From: Clostridia bacterium
GTDB taxonomy: Bacteria; CBDUZB01; JAGLHV01
Assembly (NCBI GenBank): GCA_030637025.1
Contig: DAOVVV010000017.1
Span: 1-53,131, forward strand
Direction of reading: 5' to 3'
DNA: 53,131 bases
The translations under genes and the position numbers were made by a program. Under the pieces are notes generated by a model. It saw only the letters and a program-made list of their open reading frames with translations. It had not been told where the DNA came from and searched no databases. Within the stretch, counting starts at the first letter, position 1. Each line of letters opens with the position of its first letter. Shown piece by piece: positions 20,335-31,169 of the stretch.

Positions 20335-21408
20335 TCATATTTTTTCTTCTCTCCAGGAAAGTATTTTTACCTGATCTATTCCCCCAACCCCTCCTATGCC
20401 GTTTAAATTTGCATCATAGATCATATCCGGATTTCCATTACTATCATACTTATAAACATTCATAGCACCTGTAACCAGATTATTTCCTCTTGAAAAACAG
20501 TTATACTTAGGAGCATAAACAGCCGCATAAATATCAGCAGTGCCATGTAAATCTATATTACCACTTTCTCCCGTACCATAGAGAAAAAACTTGGTGGCAT
20601 CTGCTCCGGTATTTACAAAACCAGTCCCTGCAGCATCAATATCACCGGAACAATATAAAAAAACTGCATCCCCTCCGGGGATTGTATTCAGGGTTATTCT
20701 AGCATTTCCCCCGATATTTATAGAAGTACAAGTATAAGTTCCCGGATTTATAGTAAAATTACTATTTCCATTTAGATTTATTACTCCTAAATCTATTGCT
20801 GTTTCCGGAGCAACCAGGGGAGAAAAATCAGCAACTGAAATATCTCCGTCGGTAACTGTCCCGGTAATAGTTACACTACCTTGACTATTTGCGGTACCAC
20901 TGGTAATTACATCCCCCTCTACTAAGCAACTCCCTCTAATATCAATTCCCCCATCCCCCGCGGTAACAGCAAAATCAAATAAACCATGATTGTTGAATGG
21001 TATCCTGTTAACAAAAGCAACAACTTTTATTGTTTCGCTTGCCTGAATCATATCCGGAACATAACCAATGGATTCTATGCCGTAACGATTAGCCGGTAAA
21101 ATACTTCCTTCAAAAGCACTTCCCGGGGTAGAAATATTAATTGTATACTGCCCTGTTGATAAACTTTGTACTGCTCCGGTACCGGTATATGCTGAATTAT
21201 TAACAATTTCAGCCATAGCTCTTTGTATCCCGGCATCAGCTAATTGAAAAGCCCTGATTGTTTTCTTTGCCGATACAACCATCTTTGTTTCTATTTTGAT
21301 TAAATGGGACAAACCCATTCCCACAGGCACTAAAACTAAAATCATTAACAAGACTAATGGTAAAACAATTCCTTTTTCTGAGTGTAAATACATACTTTTT
21401 TTACCCAT
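20335..21408 (-). CDS. PilX/GspK-like minor pilin (paralog X2)
   Basis: KG|IVLPL, AFQLADAGIQRA; collinear with X1 (FDFAVTAG, YCSGDIDA, YAAVYAP, SWREEKI). Confidence 0.8.
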   Translation of the reverse strand: MGKKSMYLHSEKGIVLPLVLLMILVLVPVGMGLSHLIKIETKMVVSAKKTIRAFQLADAGIQRAMAEIVNNSAYTGTGAVQSLSTGQYTINISTPGSAFEGSILPANRYGIESIGYVPDMIQASETIKVVAFVNRIPFNNHGLFDFAVTAGDGGIDIRGSCLVEGDVITSGTANSQGSVTITGTVTDGDISVADFSPLVAPETAIDLGVINLNGNSNFTINPGTYTCTSINIGGNARITLNTIPGGDAVFLYCSGDIDAAGTGFVNTGADATKFFLYGTGESGNIDLHGTADIYAAVYAPKYNCFSRGNNLVTGAMNVYKYDSNGNPDMIYDANLNGIGGVGGIDQVKILSWREEKI

Positions 21409-21457
21409 TTTTTTTCCTCCATTTATCTTTGAGTTTAGCCAACTGTTACCGGTAAAT

Positions 21458-21498
21458 AAAAAACCGGATTACCCATTTTGCTACGGATAATCCGGTTT
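21458..21498 (-). terminator. Intrinsic terminator, expression platform of riboswitch 2
   Basis: AACCGGATTATCC-loop-GGGTAATCCGGTT followed by a T-run. Confidence 0.82.
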
Positions 21499-21526
21499 AA
21501 TAAACTTCTTCCTTGATTTTTCTTTT

Positions 21527-21617
21527 ATTTTCGGTAACCCGACTACCCGCCATTATTTAGTGACGAGCCCGTAGCTTTGCGTCCCACCTTTACAGATGGT
21601 TTGCCTTTATCGATATT
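21527..21617 (-). ncRNA. c-di-GMP-I (GEMM) riboswitch 2, G20 type
   Basis: Minus strand TCGATAAAGGCAAACCATCTGTAAAGGTGGGACGCAAAGCTACGGG...GGTAGTCGGGTTACCGA, near-consensus; upstream TTGACG-17-TATACT. Confidence 0.93.
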
Positions 21618-21792
21618 AATTTATACTTCACTCATTTTTAGTATAGCATCATTTTTGCAATTCGTCAAGAGCAAAATTAAGTTTTTATACAATTTTTTTC
21701 ATAGTTACTTCAAATTATTAGTAAAATAATAGGAATTAGACCCGAACTTCAGATAAAGACTATTAAAATTTCAGGTTTAACTCCTATTCATT

Positions 21793-22098
21793 TTATCTTT
21801 TCTTTTTTTTATTTTTCTTTTTAGGAGATTTCAACAATATCCATCCAATAACCACACCTGCGATTATAATAAAAACTAATCCTTTATTGCCCTTCTCAAT
21901 TTCTTCTTTTTTCTCTTCGGGCTTTACCTCTGCTTTTTCCCCGGAAACAACAGTCTCTACCGGTGCTTCCACTTTTTTACTTTCCAGACGCCTTTCTACC
22001 GGAGATGAACCAACTATTTTAACCCCGGCAGCTCCTCTTGCAAACAACATTCCTAATACCAAAAAACTAAAAATTACTAGCGAAAATTTCTTTATCAT
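21793..22098 (-). CDS. Small exported protein with C-terminal membrane anchor
   Basis: Signal peptide, charged linker, C-terminal TM plus basic tail; directly downstream of X3. Confidence 0.65.
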   Translation of the reverse strand: MIKKFSLVIFSFLVLGMLFARGAAGVKIVGSSPVERRLESKKVEAPVETVVSGEKAEVKPEEKKEEIEKGNKGLVFIIIAGVVIGWILLKSPKKKNKKKKR

Positions 22099-22147
22099 TT
22101 TTTTCTCTCCTATATTTTTTTAAAACTCATTTGTTTACTACTTTCTG

Positions 22148-23887
22148 TTATTCTCTCCTCCAACTTGGTGCTGTATTAAAATCCAGAACATCCACCTGAT
22201 AAGCACCCAAAGTAGGAAATTTCGGTGGGATTATGCCTTGTTTAAACCTAACATCATAAACATATTGATCTGAATAACCATGTTCAAATGCTCCCGTAAG
22301 ACTATTAAAGACTCCATGATAACCCATTTGGTCACCAATTACTCCTCCTAATAAATTCAAATCTCCCCGTAAACCACAACCAAGATAATTTTCTACCTCA
22401 AATATACCCTGCGGAGTCATAATAGAGGCTTGTATTGTAATATCATTAGGAGCAGTAGTTCCAATCAAAATATCATCATTCCATGAAAGGATACCTAAAA
22501 CATTAGTTGCAGCTGGATTTCCAAGGGGATCATCTGCATATTGAATATGATTATCAATAGTAATCCCCCCGGTACTAGCAATAGTAACCTGGGAATCTTG
22601 CTGAACCGTACCGGAAAGAGCAGCTACTTCACCGCCGTTACTAAAAATTACCCCATTAGTAGTTCCGGTGTAATTATAAGTATTTGTACCGTCAACAAAC
22701 TGAGTATTTCCGGTATTCATATCAACAGAAACAGTATATGTCGTCCCATTATTATGGTCAATACTATATACTGCCGTATTTCCCAGATTTGCCGTACTCA
22801 TAGTGAAACTATTTACATCCCCCTGAATATAAATACCCCCGGTTACATTAGCTCCATCATTAGGAACATAAACTCCATTAGCATAAGCAGGTATCACAGA
22901 TCCTTCGATTAAACCCAATGCCGTAGTTTGCTGTAGTTGCATTTGAACAAGTGCAGGCATATCAATTATATCTACACCTCTCTGAAACCCTGCGTTAAAT
23001 ATCGGCCGATCATCACCTGCACTAGCCACTAGATCACCATTATCATAAAAATCCGCATCTAACTGACCCCCGTGAAAAAAATTAGCTGTAGCTGCCGAAC
23101 AGGTAACTTCATCATTGAAAGTACCGGAAATACCATTGTTCGCGGGATCACCAAAAAAATTGAGTTCATCGTTAAAATGAACCGGACCGGTAAAATCATA
23201 ACGGGAGGTAAACCAATTATTATTCTGTAAACTGTTACAGAAAAGATTATACCGGGTAAAACTCGGTTTTTGTATTGTTATCTCAAATTCACCACCGGGG
23301 CGAACAGCATTGGGACCAAGCGAATCTATTACCAGAGTAGAAGTTTTATCTGCTTGTGTCTCGTATTTTACTGTACTATTTGTTATTATTCGATATTTAA
23401 AATAAAAATGGGCTATAGGATTATCCGGACCTCCTCCATGCGGATCCCACCCGGAAGCCTGAGTAGTACTAATAACAACCATAGTGCTGTAACTTCCTGT
23501 TTCTAGATTTTCTGAAAAAGTAAGGGTTGCAGAAGTCATTCCAATATTAAATGTATCAGTCGAAGCAGAATTAACCATACAATCTCTAACAAAATTCATC
23601 GGATTACTTGTATAAGCCTGTATTGCCGCAGAAACATAATTATTTGTATTCAAGTTTTCTTTCAGATCTTCATTTATGCGCTTTTTTAATTCTATCAATC
23701 CTCTATTAGCTGCCCCTTCAGCAAGTTGATCCGCCTGAGCAGAAACTTTACTTTGTCTTACCACCTTAGTCTCTTGTTTTAAAAAAAACACTAATCCTAT
23801 AGCCACCGGAACAAAAACAACAGCTATTAAAAAAACCATAGGTAAAGCTATCCCTTTCTCATTTAAACCCTTTTTTATCCCTAACAT
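22148..23887 (-). CDS. Large PilX-like minor pilin/adhesin (DUF4900-like; paralog X3)
   Basis: KG|IALPM lacking E5, ADQLAEGA; FTGPVHFN, NVLGILS, YVYDVRF..PPKFP; ends SWRRE. Confidence 0.78.
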   Translation of the reverse strand: MLGIKKGLNEKGIALPMVFLIAVVFVPVAIGLVFFLKQETKVVRQSKVSAQADQLAEGAANRGLIELKKRINEDLKENLNTNNYVSAAIQAYTSNPMNFVRDCMVNSASTDTFNIGMTSATLTFSENLETGSYSTMVVISTTQASGWDPHGGGPDNPIAHFYFKYRIITNSTVKYETQADKTSTLVIDSLGPNAVRPGGEFEITIQKPSFTRYNLFCNSLQNNNWFTSRYDFTGPVHFNDELNFFGDPANNGISGTFNDEVTCSAATANFFHGGQLDADFYDNGDLVASAGDDRPIFNAGFQRGVDIIDMPALVQMQLQQTTALGLIEGSVIPAYANGVYVPNDGANVTGGIYIQGDVNSFTMSTANLGNTAVYSIDHNNGTTYTVSVDMNTGNTQFVDGTNTYNYTGTTNGVIFSNGGEVAALSGTVQQDSQVTIASTGGITIDNHIQYADDPLGNPAATNVLGILSWNDDILIGTTAPNDITIQASIMTPQGIFEVENYLGCGLRGDLNLLGGVIGDQMGYHGVFNSLTGAFEHGYSDQYVYDVRFKQGIIPPKFPTLGAYQVDVLDFNTAPSWRRE

Positions 23888-23925
23888 TTTTTTCTACCCC
23901 CTCTTTAAAAAAATAACGCATCGAC

Positions 23926-23969
23926 AAAAAAACCGGATTACCAATTTTTTTTAACTTTCGGTAACCCGG
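23926..23969 (-). terminator. Intrinsic terminator overlapping the 3' end of aptamer 3
   Basis: CCGGGTTACCGA...TTGGTAATCCGG followed by T7; the 5' arm is the aptamer P3/P1 3' strand. Confidence 0.8.
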
Positions 23970-24040
23970 CTTTCGCTATTACTTAATAGTGGCCCGTGGC
24001 TTTGCGTCTTCGTTTTACAACGAATTTGCTTTTGTCTCTT
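23955..24040 (-). ncRNA. c-di-GMP-I-family riboswitch 3, G20A variant (candidate c-AMP-GMP sensor)
   Basis: Minus strand GACAAAAGCAAATTCGTTGTAAAACGAAGACGCAAAGCCACGGGCC...AGCCGGGTTACCGA; AGCAAA instead of GGCAAA (position 24030). Confidence 0.85.
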
Positions 24041-24190
24041 AAAATTTTAAGGCACTATATCTACTTTCCCTTTACTATAAGGATATCACTTTTTTCTTCT
24101 TTGTCAACAGAAAACAGTATTTATTATTATTTACCAAAAAGAAATGTTTCCGTTTTTAAAATCTTTGCGAAAAAAAATAAAAAGTTATTT

Positions 24191-24877
24191 TCACTGCTTT
24201 AAATTAGGCGGACTGACTCCCGAGGTTAATGTTATTTCTTCATATCCTGCAGCTGCCTTTTTGTCTCCTGCTCCTTTTTTTACCGTTAAATTAATTTCGA
24301 TATAGCGAATATTATATCTATCATTACCAGAAATCGGAAATGTAAAGACATTTCCTGACTCGTCTCTATATTTAAATTCAAGATTTTCCACCCCCACTTG
24401 CGGCAAAGTAAAATCCATATCAAGAACTCCATACGCAGATACAGAACGTTTTTGAATTTTTTTTCTGGAAGTACCGGAAATAGGCATCATAGAAAAAGTT
24501 ACCGTCTCCGTATCTCTATTAACCGACCAGGTAGTAGTATCTTCTTTAAGTCCATCCCCATTTACATCCCTGATTACTGCATTAAAACTAATTCTATTCT
24601 GCTGGGCTATATTAATTGCCTGTCCAATACCGGGGGGTATGTCTGTTGAAGCTCTATTTCCATAAATATATCCCGCCTGTTTTATATCCTTAACCATCTG
24701 ATCCAGTGCTATTCGGGCATTCTGTTGAACATCCCGCCGCTGATTTGATTTGAACCAGACTTGTTGATTTCTTTTTTGCACCAAACTCCCCATCAATACC
24801 ACCACAGATAAAATAGCAACACTAATTATTACTTCTAACAAAGTAAAACCTTTTTGTTTTCTGTCTTTCTTTCGCAT
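24191..24877 (-). CDS. Type IV minor pilin, PilW-like (W2)
   Basis: KG|FTLLE; close paralog of W1 (QRRDVQQNARIAL, GVSPPNL). Confidence 0.85.
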   Translation of the reverse strand: MRKKDRKQKGFTLLEVIISVAILSVVVLMGSLVQKRNQQVWFKSNQRRDVQQNARIALDQMVKDIKQAGYIYGNRASTDIPPGIGQAINIAQQNRISFNAVIRDVNGDGLKEDTTTWSVNRDTETVTFSMMPISGTSRKKIQKRSVSAYGVLDMDFTLPQVGVENLEFKYRDESGNVFTFPISGNDRYNIRYIEINLTVKKGAGDKKAAAGYEEITLTSGVSPPNLKQ

Positions 24878-24890
24878 TTTTTTCTCCTCT

Positions 24891-25370
24891 TTACGGTGAA
24901 GAAAGTATCGTTTGCAGTGTTACCGCTTTCAATAATGTTTCTGTGGAAGAACCTAACGGCTCTACCCAAACGGTTATGGTCTTATAGCTCGATGTTCCAA
25001 TAGGTGTAGTAATTACCCTGTAATGTCTATTAACCTTCATCGTTTTCGCACCTGAAATAAAAGTAATCGGATTATTCGGGTCGGGGTGATTTCCATCGAC
25101 AAGAGTAAGCTCTTGATATCCTGTAGTATTATTGAGAAGAGCATCGTCATTGGTATCACCATTTATATACCCGGTCGGCGTAGAAGCTATTCTTTTTATG
25201 GTTTCAATTAATTCGCGGGTTTGTGCTACCGCAAAGGTTTCCCATCTATCCCGGGTATTAACTCGCATCATCGCTATAAACATAGGCATAAGACCCATTA
25301 ATAGGGTAACTAAAACAACCATAGCAATAATCACTTCCATTAAAACCATCCCTCTACTGTTTTCTTTCAT
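24891..25370 (-). CDS. Type IV minor pilin, PilV-like (V2)
   Basis: RG|MVLME; paralog of V1 (RDRW, GDTND, SSYKT). Confidence 0.8.
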   Translation of the reverse strand: MKENSRGMVLMEVIIAMVVLVTLLMGLMPMFIAMMRVNTRDRWETFAVAQTRELIETIKRIASTPTGYINGDTNDDALLNNTTGYQELTLVDGNHPDPNNPITFISGAKTMKVNRHYRVITTPIGTSSYKTITVWVEPLGSSTETLLKAVTLQTILSSP

Positions 25371-25461
25371 TTTTTTATTACCTCTTGTTTTTCTATATAT
25401 ATATAAAATAATACTCTTTTTTTTCTATTTGTCAATGAGAAAAAAACTGTTCTCATTAATT

Positions 25462-28400
25462 TTATACCTTTATTTCCACGCTTTTTTCACCAAGAATTTT
25501 TTTTATTTCCAAAATTAATTCTTCTGAAGGAAAAACACGGCTCATTGAATCAATTATCACATCTTTTTTTTGCGGCACACTAAGATTAAAAATTACCGGA
25601 CAGTTCCCTTCATTTTGCTCTATTACTTTTTTTAACGAATGCAAAATTTCTTCTTTATTAAGAGTATCCGGTCCTATTTTCAGATAAAGACTCTTTATAT
25701 TTCTCTGCCGGGCTAATGATAAAGATATAATTTCATCAGCTAAAATTTTACCCCGTTCTTCACGCCTATCTATCTTTCCCTTTACCAGAACAATCGCATC
25801 TATTTTCAAAGATTGACTGATCCCATTGTTATAATTTCTGGGAAAAATTATTACTTCTATTTTATCTTTTAAATCTTCCAGAATACATACAGCCATTAAT
25901 TCGTTTTTCCTGGTGGTAATTCTTTTAATATGAGAAATTAGTCCTCCTACATTTACAATATCTCCATTATCATTTTCCTGATGATGTAATTGGCTAATAT
26001 TATGGGTAGAGTATTTTTCTATTTCTTCTACATAATCTTTAAGCGGATGCCCGCTAAAATAAAAACCCAAAACTTCTTTTTCATAAGCAAGAAGTTTGTT
26101 TCTGGACCATTCTTTTTTTTTCTCGGATAATGTTTTATTTTGGTTTTGCTCAGATATTTTTTTTTCTTCATCCATTATTTCAAATAGTGATGTTTGTCCT
26201 ATTATTTTATCCTTTTGTCTGCTGCTCGCTTCATTTAAAATTTCATCCAGTTCTTGCATTAATTCTGACCGATAAACACCCAAAGAATCAAATGCACCGG
26301 CTTTAATCATACTCTTGATTACCTGCTTATTTACCTGATATAAATCCACCCGGAAACAAAAATCATAAAGAGACTTAAAATGACCTTCTTTTTTTCTTGC
26401 CGCCACCAAGGAAGTGATTGATCCTTGCCCTACATTTTTTATACCTAAAAGCCCAAAACGAATTCCTTCTTTTTCAATTACAAAATACTGAAAACTACTC
26501 TTAATATCCGGAGGCCAAACAGGAATTTTCATCTTTTGGCATTCATTGATATATTGTACCATTTTATCTGTATTATTAATTTCACTATTTAAAAGAGCGG
26601 TCATATATTCCAGGGGATAATTTGCTTTAAGATAAGCAGTTTGATAGGAAATCAGGGCATACGCCGCAGAATGGCTTTTATTAAACCCATATGCTCCAAA
26701 TTTAGACATCGTATTAAAAATTTTATTTGCCGTTTTAGTTTTTATTCCTTTTTCTTTAGCCCCTTTCATGAATTCGTTTCGTTGTTTTTCCATCTCGTCT
26801 AAATCTTTTTTTCCCATAGCCCGGCGTAAAATATCCGCCTGAGCTAAACTAAATCCGGCTAAATCCTGAGCTATACGCATCACCTGTTCCTGATATACAA
26901 CAATACCATAGGTTTCTTTTAAAACAGGTTCTAATAACGGATGGTCGTAAACAACCTTTACTTTTTTATGTTTTCTTTTAATAAATTCATCCAACATCCC
27001 GCTTCCAATAGGTCCCGGACGATATAAAGCAAGCAAAGCAATTAAATCAAAAAACTCTGCCGGTGCCATTTTACGCAACAGGTCTTTCATCCCGGAACTT
27101 TCTAATTGAAAAATTCCTGTTGATTCGGCTTTGCAAAGAAGTTGATATGTTTTCTCATCGGTTAAAGGAAAATCTTCTTCTGTATTTATTTTTTCGTTTT
27201 TTTTGTTTTCTTTAATTAAATTTATTGTTTTTTGAATTACAGTAAGCGTACGCAGTCCGAGAAAATCCATTTTTAAAAGACCTAATTTTACTAAACTCTT
27301 TCCCTCATACTGAGTAGTAATAATATCTTTAGACCCTTTAGCAAAAGGGACATAATTAGTCATATCATCTTTAGAAATAACTATTCCTGCTGCATGCACA
27401 CCTGTATGCCTTTTCAATCCTTCTAGTTTAGAGGAAATTTTTATTAAACGAGCAATTTCTTCATTTTCTTTTGCCTGTTTGGCTAATTCTTCCACTTTTT
27501 TTAATGCTGAATAAATACTTTCTCCAAAAGGAATTTGTTTAGCAATTTTATCTACCTGGGATAAAGGAATATTTAATACCCGGCCTACATCCCGAATAAC
27601 TAAACGCGCCTGCATACTTCCAAAGGTAATAATCTGAGCAACATTCTTTTCTCCGTATTTATTCTTTACATAATTTATTATCTCTTCTCTCCCTTCATCC
27701 GAAAAATCTATATCCAGATCCGGCATAGAAACCCTGTTGGGATTTAAAAATCTTTCAAATAAAAGGCCGTATTTTAAAGGGTCAATATTAGTGATTTCTA
27801 AAGTATAAGATACGACACTCCCTGCACCTGAACCCCTTCCCGGACCAACAGGAATGTTACGCTGTTTTGCATGCTGAATAAAATCCCAGACAATTAAAAA
27901 ATAAGCGGAATATCCCATCTGTTTAATAATATCAAGCTCATATTGCAAACGCTTCTCTATCAGGGAAGAACCCAAACCATAGCGTTTCTTTACTCCTTCC
28001 CTGCACAATTTCTCTAAATAAGAATCAGGAGAAAATCCGGAAGGAACATTATAATGAGGCAAATAAATTTCCCCAAATTCTAATTCTAAATTGCATTTTT
28101 CCGTAATTTCAATAGTATTACTTATGGCCTGGGGAACATAAGCAAATAATTGTTTCATTTCTTCCGGAGATTTAAAATAAAACTCTTCTGTGCTCAAACG
28201 CATCCGGGTAGGATCATCAATAGTCTTACCAGTGCCAATACCTAATAAAACTTCATGACTTACAGCATCTTCTTTAAAAAGATAATGGGTATCATTGGTA
28301 GCGACCAAAGGAGCATTGCATTCTTTGGATAAGGGAAGGAGATTTTTTATTATTTCTTTTTGCTCACTAATCCCATGGTCCTGGAGCTCTAAATAGAAAT

Positions 28401-28938
28401 TTTCTTTTCCCAAAATATCCTGATAAACAGTAATCATTTCTCGTGCTGCATCGATATTACCCTTTAAAATCAACTGGGGAATCTCCCCCTTCATGCAACC
28501 GGAAAGGCCGATCAATCCTTCACTATACTGTGCTAAAACCTCTTTATCTATACGCGGGCGATAATAAAATCCTTCTAAATATCCTATACTTGCTAAATGT
28601 ATGAGATTTTTATATCCAATTTCATTCTTAGCTAAAAGGGTTAAATGAAAAGCAGCTTGGGATATTCCGGAGCTTTTCTTATTTAACCTTGATTGCGGAG
28701 CGATATAAACTTCGCTACCAATAATCGGCTTAATTCCTATTTTTACACAGGCCTGGTAAAATTCAATAACACCAAACATATTTCCATGGTCGGTTATAGC
28801 CAGAGCAGGCATCTTGTATCTTTCTGCTTGCTGCAGAAAATCTCCTGCTTTACCGGAATCATTTAAAATACGGCAGGCACCATCTAAAAGACTGTATTCG
28901 GTATGATTATGCAAGTGAACAAAATCAGAATGTTTCAT
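25462..28938 (-). CDS. dnaE: DNA polymerase III alpha subunit
   Basis: FVHLHNHTEYSLLDG PHP domain, GRGSGAGS, MPDLDIDF, LLKMDFLGL, YGFNKSHS. ATG at 28938 preferred over the track's TTG. Confidence 0.98.
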   Translation of the reverse strand: MKHSDFVHLHNHTEYSLLDGACRILNDSGKAGDFLQQAERYKMPALAITDHGNMFGVIEFYQACVKIGIKPIIGSEVYIAPQSRLNKKSSGISQAAFHLTLLAKNEIGYKNLIHLASIGYLEGFYYRPRIDKEVLAQYSEGLIGLSGCMKGEIPQLILKGNIDAAREMITVYQDILGKENFYLELQDHGISEQKEIIKNLLPLSKECNAPLVATNDTHYLFKEDAVSHEVLLGIGTGKTIDDPTRMRLSTEEFYFKSPEEMKQLFAYVPQAISNTIEITEKCNLELEFGEIYLPHYNVPSGFSPDSYLEKLCREGVKKRYGLGSSLIEKRLQYELDIIKQMGYSAYFLIVWDFIQHAKQRNIPVGPGRGSGAGSVVSYTLEITNIDPLKYGLLFERFLNPNRVSMPDLDIDFSDEGREEIINYVKNKYGEKNVAQIITFGSMQARLVIRDVGRVLNIPLSQVDKIAKQIPFGESIYSALKKVEELAKQAKENEEIARLIKISSKLEGLKRHTGVHAAGIVISKDDMTNYVPFAKGSKDIITTQYEGKSLVKLGLLKMDFLGLRTLTVIQKTINLIKENKKNEKINTEEDFPLTDEKTYQLLCKAESTGIFQLESSGMKDLLRKMAPAEFFDLIALLALYRPGPIGSGMLDEFIKRKHKKVKVVYDHPLLEPVLKETYGIVVYQEQVMRIAQDLAGFSLAQADILRRAMGKKDLDEMEKQRNEFMKGAKEKGIKTKTANKIFNTMSKFGAYGFNKSHSAAYALISYQTAYLKANYPLEYMTALLNSEINNTDKMVQYINECQKMKIPVWPPDIKSSFQYFVIEKEGIRFGLLGIKNVGQGSITSLVAARKKEGHFKSLYDFCFRVDLYQVNKQVIKSMIKAGAFDSLGVYRSELMQELDEILNEASSRQKDKIIGQTSLFEIMDEEKKISEQNQNKTLSEKKKEWSRNKLLAYEKEVLGFYFSGHPLKDYVEEIEKYSTHNISQLHHQENDNGDIVNVGGLISHIKRITTRKNELMAVCILEDLKDKIEVIIFPRNYNNGISQSLKIDAIVLVKGKIDRREERGKILADEIISLSLARQRNIKSLYLKIGPDTLNKEEILHSLKKVIEQNEGNCPVIFNLSVPQKKDVIIDSMSRVFPSEELILEIKKILGEKSVEIKV

Positions 28939-29038
28939 ATTTTCTCTCGGGTAAATCAATCTAAACAATTATACCTTTTATTCTTTCCTTTTCAATTTCA
29001 GGTTTTTAATTAAACTACTTTTATAGTCAAAAGTCAAG

Positions 29039-29074
29039 AAAAAAGGGTCCCTTTCTGTTAAAAAGGAACCCTTC
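29039..29074 (-). terminator. Terminator after groEL
   Basis: AAGGGTTCCTTT/AAAGGGACCCTT hairpin followed by Ts on the minus strand. Confidence 0.7.
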
Positions 29075-29122
29075 TGAAAACTATTTTATTTTACATCTTT
29101 TACATCAATTCCTACTCCTTAC

Positions 29123-30763
29123 TTAATACATTCCTCCCATTCCTCCCATTCCTCCGCCTGGAGGCATTGGAGGCATAGCCATTTTTTCCTTCTCAGGAAT
29201 ATCTGTAATTAAAACCTCGGTAGTAAGTAACAAAGAAACAATACTGGCCGCATTTTCCAAAGCGGTTCGAATGACTTTAGCCGGATCAACAATTCCACTT
29301 TTTATCATATCTACATATTCTCCGGTCTCCGCATTTAAACCAATTCCTGCTCCTCCGTTTTTTACTTTATCCACCACTACTGAATCCTCTAATCCTGCAT
29401 TAGTAGCTATTTGCCGAATAGGATCTTCCAAAGATCTTTTTATGATATTAATCCCAATTTGCTCATCGGCATCACTGACTTTCATTTCATCTAAAAGAGG
29501 AATTGCATTTAAATAAACTACTCCGCCGCCGGGAACAATCCCTTCTTCAACACCTGCCCGGGTAGCATGCATCGCATCTTCCACTTTGAACTTCTTTACC
29601 TTCATTTCAGTTTCTGTAGCAGCTCCCACATTAATAACCGCTACTCCACCTACTAATTTGGCCAATCTTTCCTGTAATTTTTCCTTATCATAATCAGAGG
29701 TGCTTTCCTCAATTTGTTTTTTAATCTGGCCAACTCTTTTTTTAACTTCACTGCTGTCACCGCCACCACCGACAATAGTAGTATTTTCTTTATCGATAAT
29801 CACCCTTTTGGCCTGGCCTAACATCTCTAGCGAAGCTTTTTCTAATTTTAATCCCAAATCCTCAGAAACAACAGACCCACCGGTAAGAATAGCAATATCC
29901 TCCAACATTTCTTTGCGCCGGTCACCAAAACCAGGAGCCTTCACTGCTACTCCCTTAATCGTCCCCCGTAACTTATTTACCACTAAGGTAGCTAATGCTT
30001 CTCCATCTACGTCATCAGCAATTAGTAAAAATGGTCTTCCTGTTTTGACTATCTTTTCCAGGGGAGGAAGTAATTCCTGCATAGAACTTACTTTTTTATC
30101 GGTAATAAGAACTTGCACATCTTCCAATACACATTCCATCCTTTCCGGATCAGTCACAAAATAAGGAGAAAGATATCCACGATCAAATTGCATACCCTCG
30201 ACCACTTCCAAAGTAGTCTCTGCTGTTTTACCTTCTTCTACGGTAATTACCCCGTCTTTTCCTACTTTTTCCATGGCATCAGCAATCAAATCCCCTATTT
30301 CTTTGCTATTGGCGGAAATAGAAGCTATCTGAGATGTCTCTTCCTTACTTTTTACCTGTTTACTTGCTTTTTTTATTTCTCCAACTACTGTTTCTACCGC
30401 TTTGTCAATTCCTTTTTTAATATGAATTGGATTTGCTCCGGCAGTAATGTTTTTCAATCCTTCTTTTAAAATAGCCTGCGCTAATAAAGTTGCGGTAGTC
30501 GTCCCATCCCCGGCTACATCATTAGTTTTGGAAGCAACCTCTCTTACTAATTGAGCTCCCATATTCTCAAAGGGATCTTCTAATTCAATATCCTTAGCAA
30601 TAGTTACCCCATCATTAGTAATAGTGGGAGAACCAAATTTTTTATCCAACACAACATAATGCCCTTTTGGTCCCAAAGTTACCTTTACTGCATTAGCTAA
30701 TTGGTCAACACCTCTCTTCATTGCTTGCATAGCATCATCTTTATACTTTAATTGTTTTGCCAT
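29123..30763 (-). CDS. groL: Chaperonin GroEL
   Basis: [22 protein letters not shown] tail. Confidence 0.99.
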   Translation of the reverse strand: MAKQLKYKDDAMQAMKRGVDQLANAVKVTLGPKGHYVVLDKKFGSPTITNDGVTIAKDIELEDPFENMGAQLVREVASKTNDVAGDGTTTATLLAQAILKEGLKNITAGANPIHIKKGIDKAVETVVGEIKKASKQVKSKEETSQIASISANSKEIGDLIADAMEKVGKDGVITVEEGKTAETTLEVVEGMQFDRGYLSPYFVTDPERMECVLEDVQVLITDKKVSSMQELLPPLEKIVKTGRPFLLIADDVDGEALATLVVNKLRGTIKGVAVKAPGFGDRRKEMLEDIAILTGGSVVSEDLGLKLEKASLEMLGQAKRVIIDKENTTIVGGGGDSSEVKKRVGQIKKQIEESTSDYDKEKLQERLAKLVGGVAVINVGAATETEMKVKKFKVEDAMHATRAGVEEGIVPGGGVVYLNAIPLLDEMKVSDADEQIGINIIKRSLEDPIRQIATNAGLEDSVVVDKVKNGGAGIGLNAETGEYVDMIKSGIVDPAKVIRTALENAASIVSLLLTTEVLITDIPEKEKMAMPPMPPGGGMGGMGGMY

Positions 30764-30797
30764 TTTCTTTCATCTCCTTTCTTTTTATCTTTTTTTA

Positions 30798-31085
30798 TTA
30801 TTCTATTATTGCTAAAATGTCGTCCCTGTCTAAAATTTTATGTTCCACATCGCCGATTTTTATTTCGTCGCCGCCATATTTTTTAAACAAAATCTTTTCT
30901 CCTATTTTTACATCCATAGGAATTTTTTTTCCTTCATCGGTTATTTTACCTGTACCTAAGGCAATTACCTCTCCTTCCTGAGGTTTTTCTTTTACCGTAT
31001 CAGGGATAATAATTCCTCCTTTCTTTACTTCTTTTGCTTCTGTGGGTTTTACTAAAACCCGATCACCCAATGGCTTTACTTTCAT
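30798..31085 (-). CDS. groS: Co-chaperonin GroES
   Basis: KPLGDRVLV, GGIIIPDTVKEKPQEG. Confidence 0.99.
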   Translation of the reverse strand: MKVKPLGDRVLVKPTEAKEVKKGGIIIPDTVKEKPQEGEVIALGTGKITDEGKKIPMDVKIGEKILFKKYGGDEIKIGDVEHKILDRDDILAIIE

Positions 31086-31169
31086 TTTCTCTTTACTCCT
31101 TTCCTAAATAAATTTTTTATTTTCTCTACTTAAAGTGCCTATTCCTTTTCTTTTCCTTAAAAAAAATAA

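Noticed and set aside
13228-28938. Inteins in GyrA or DnaE
   Set aside because: Both proteins have normal lengths and continuous motifs; no intein-like C...HN block seen.
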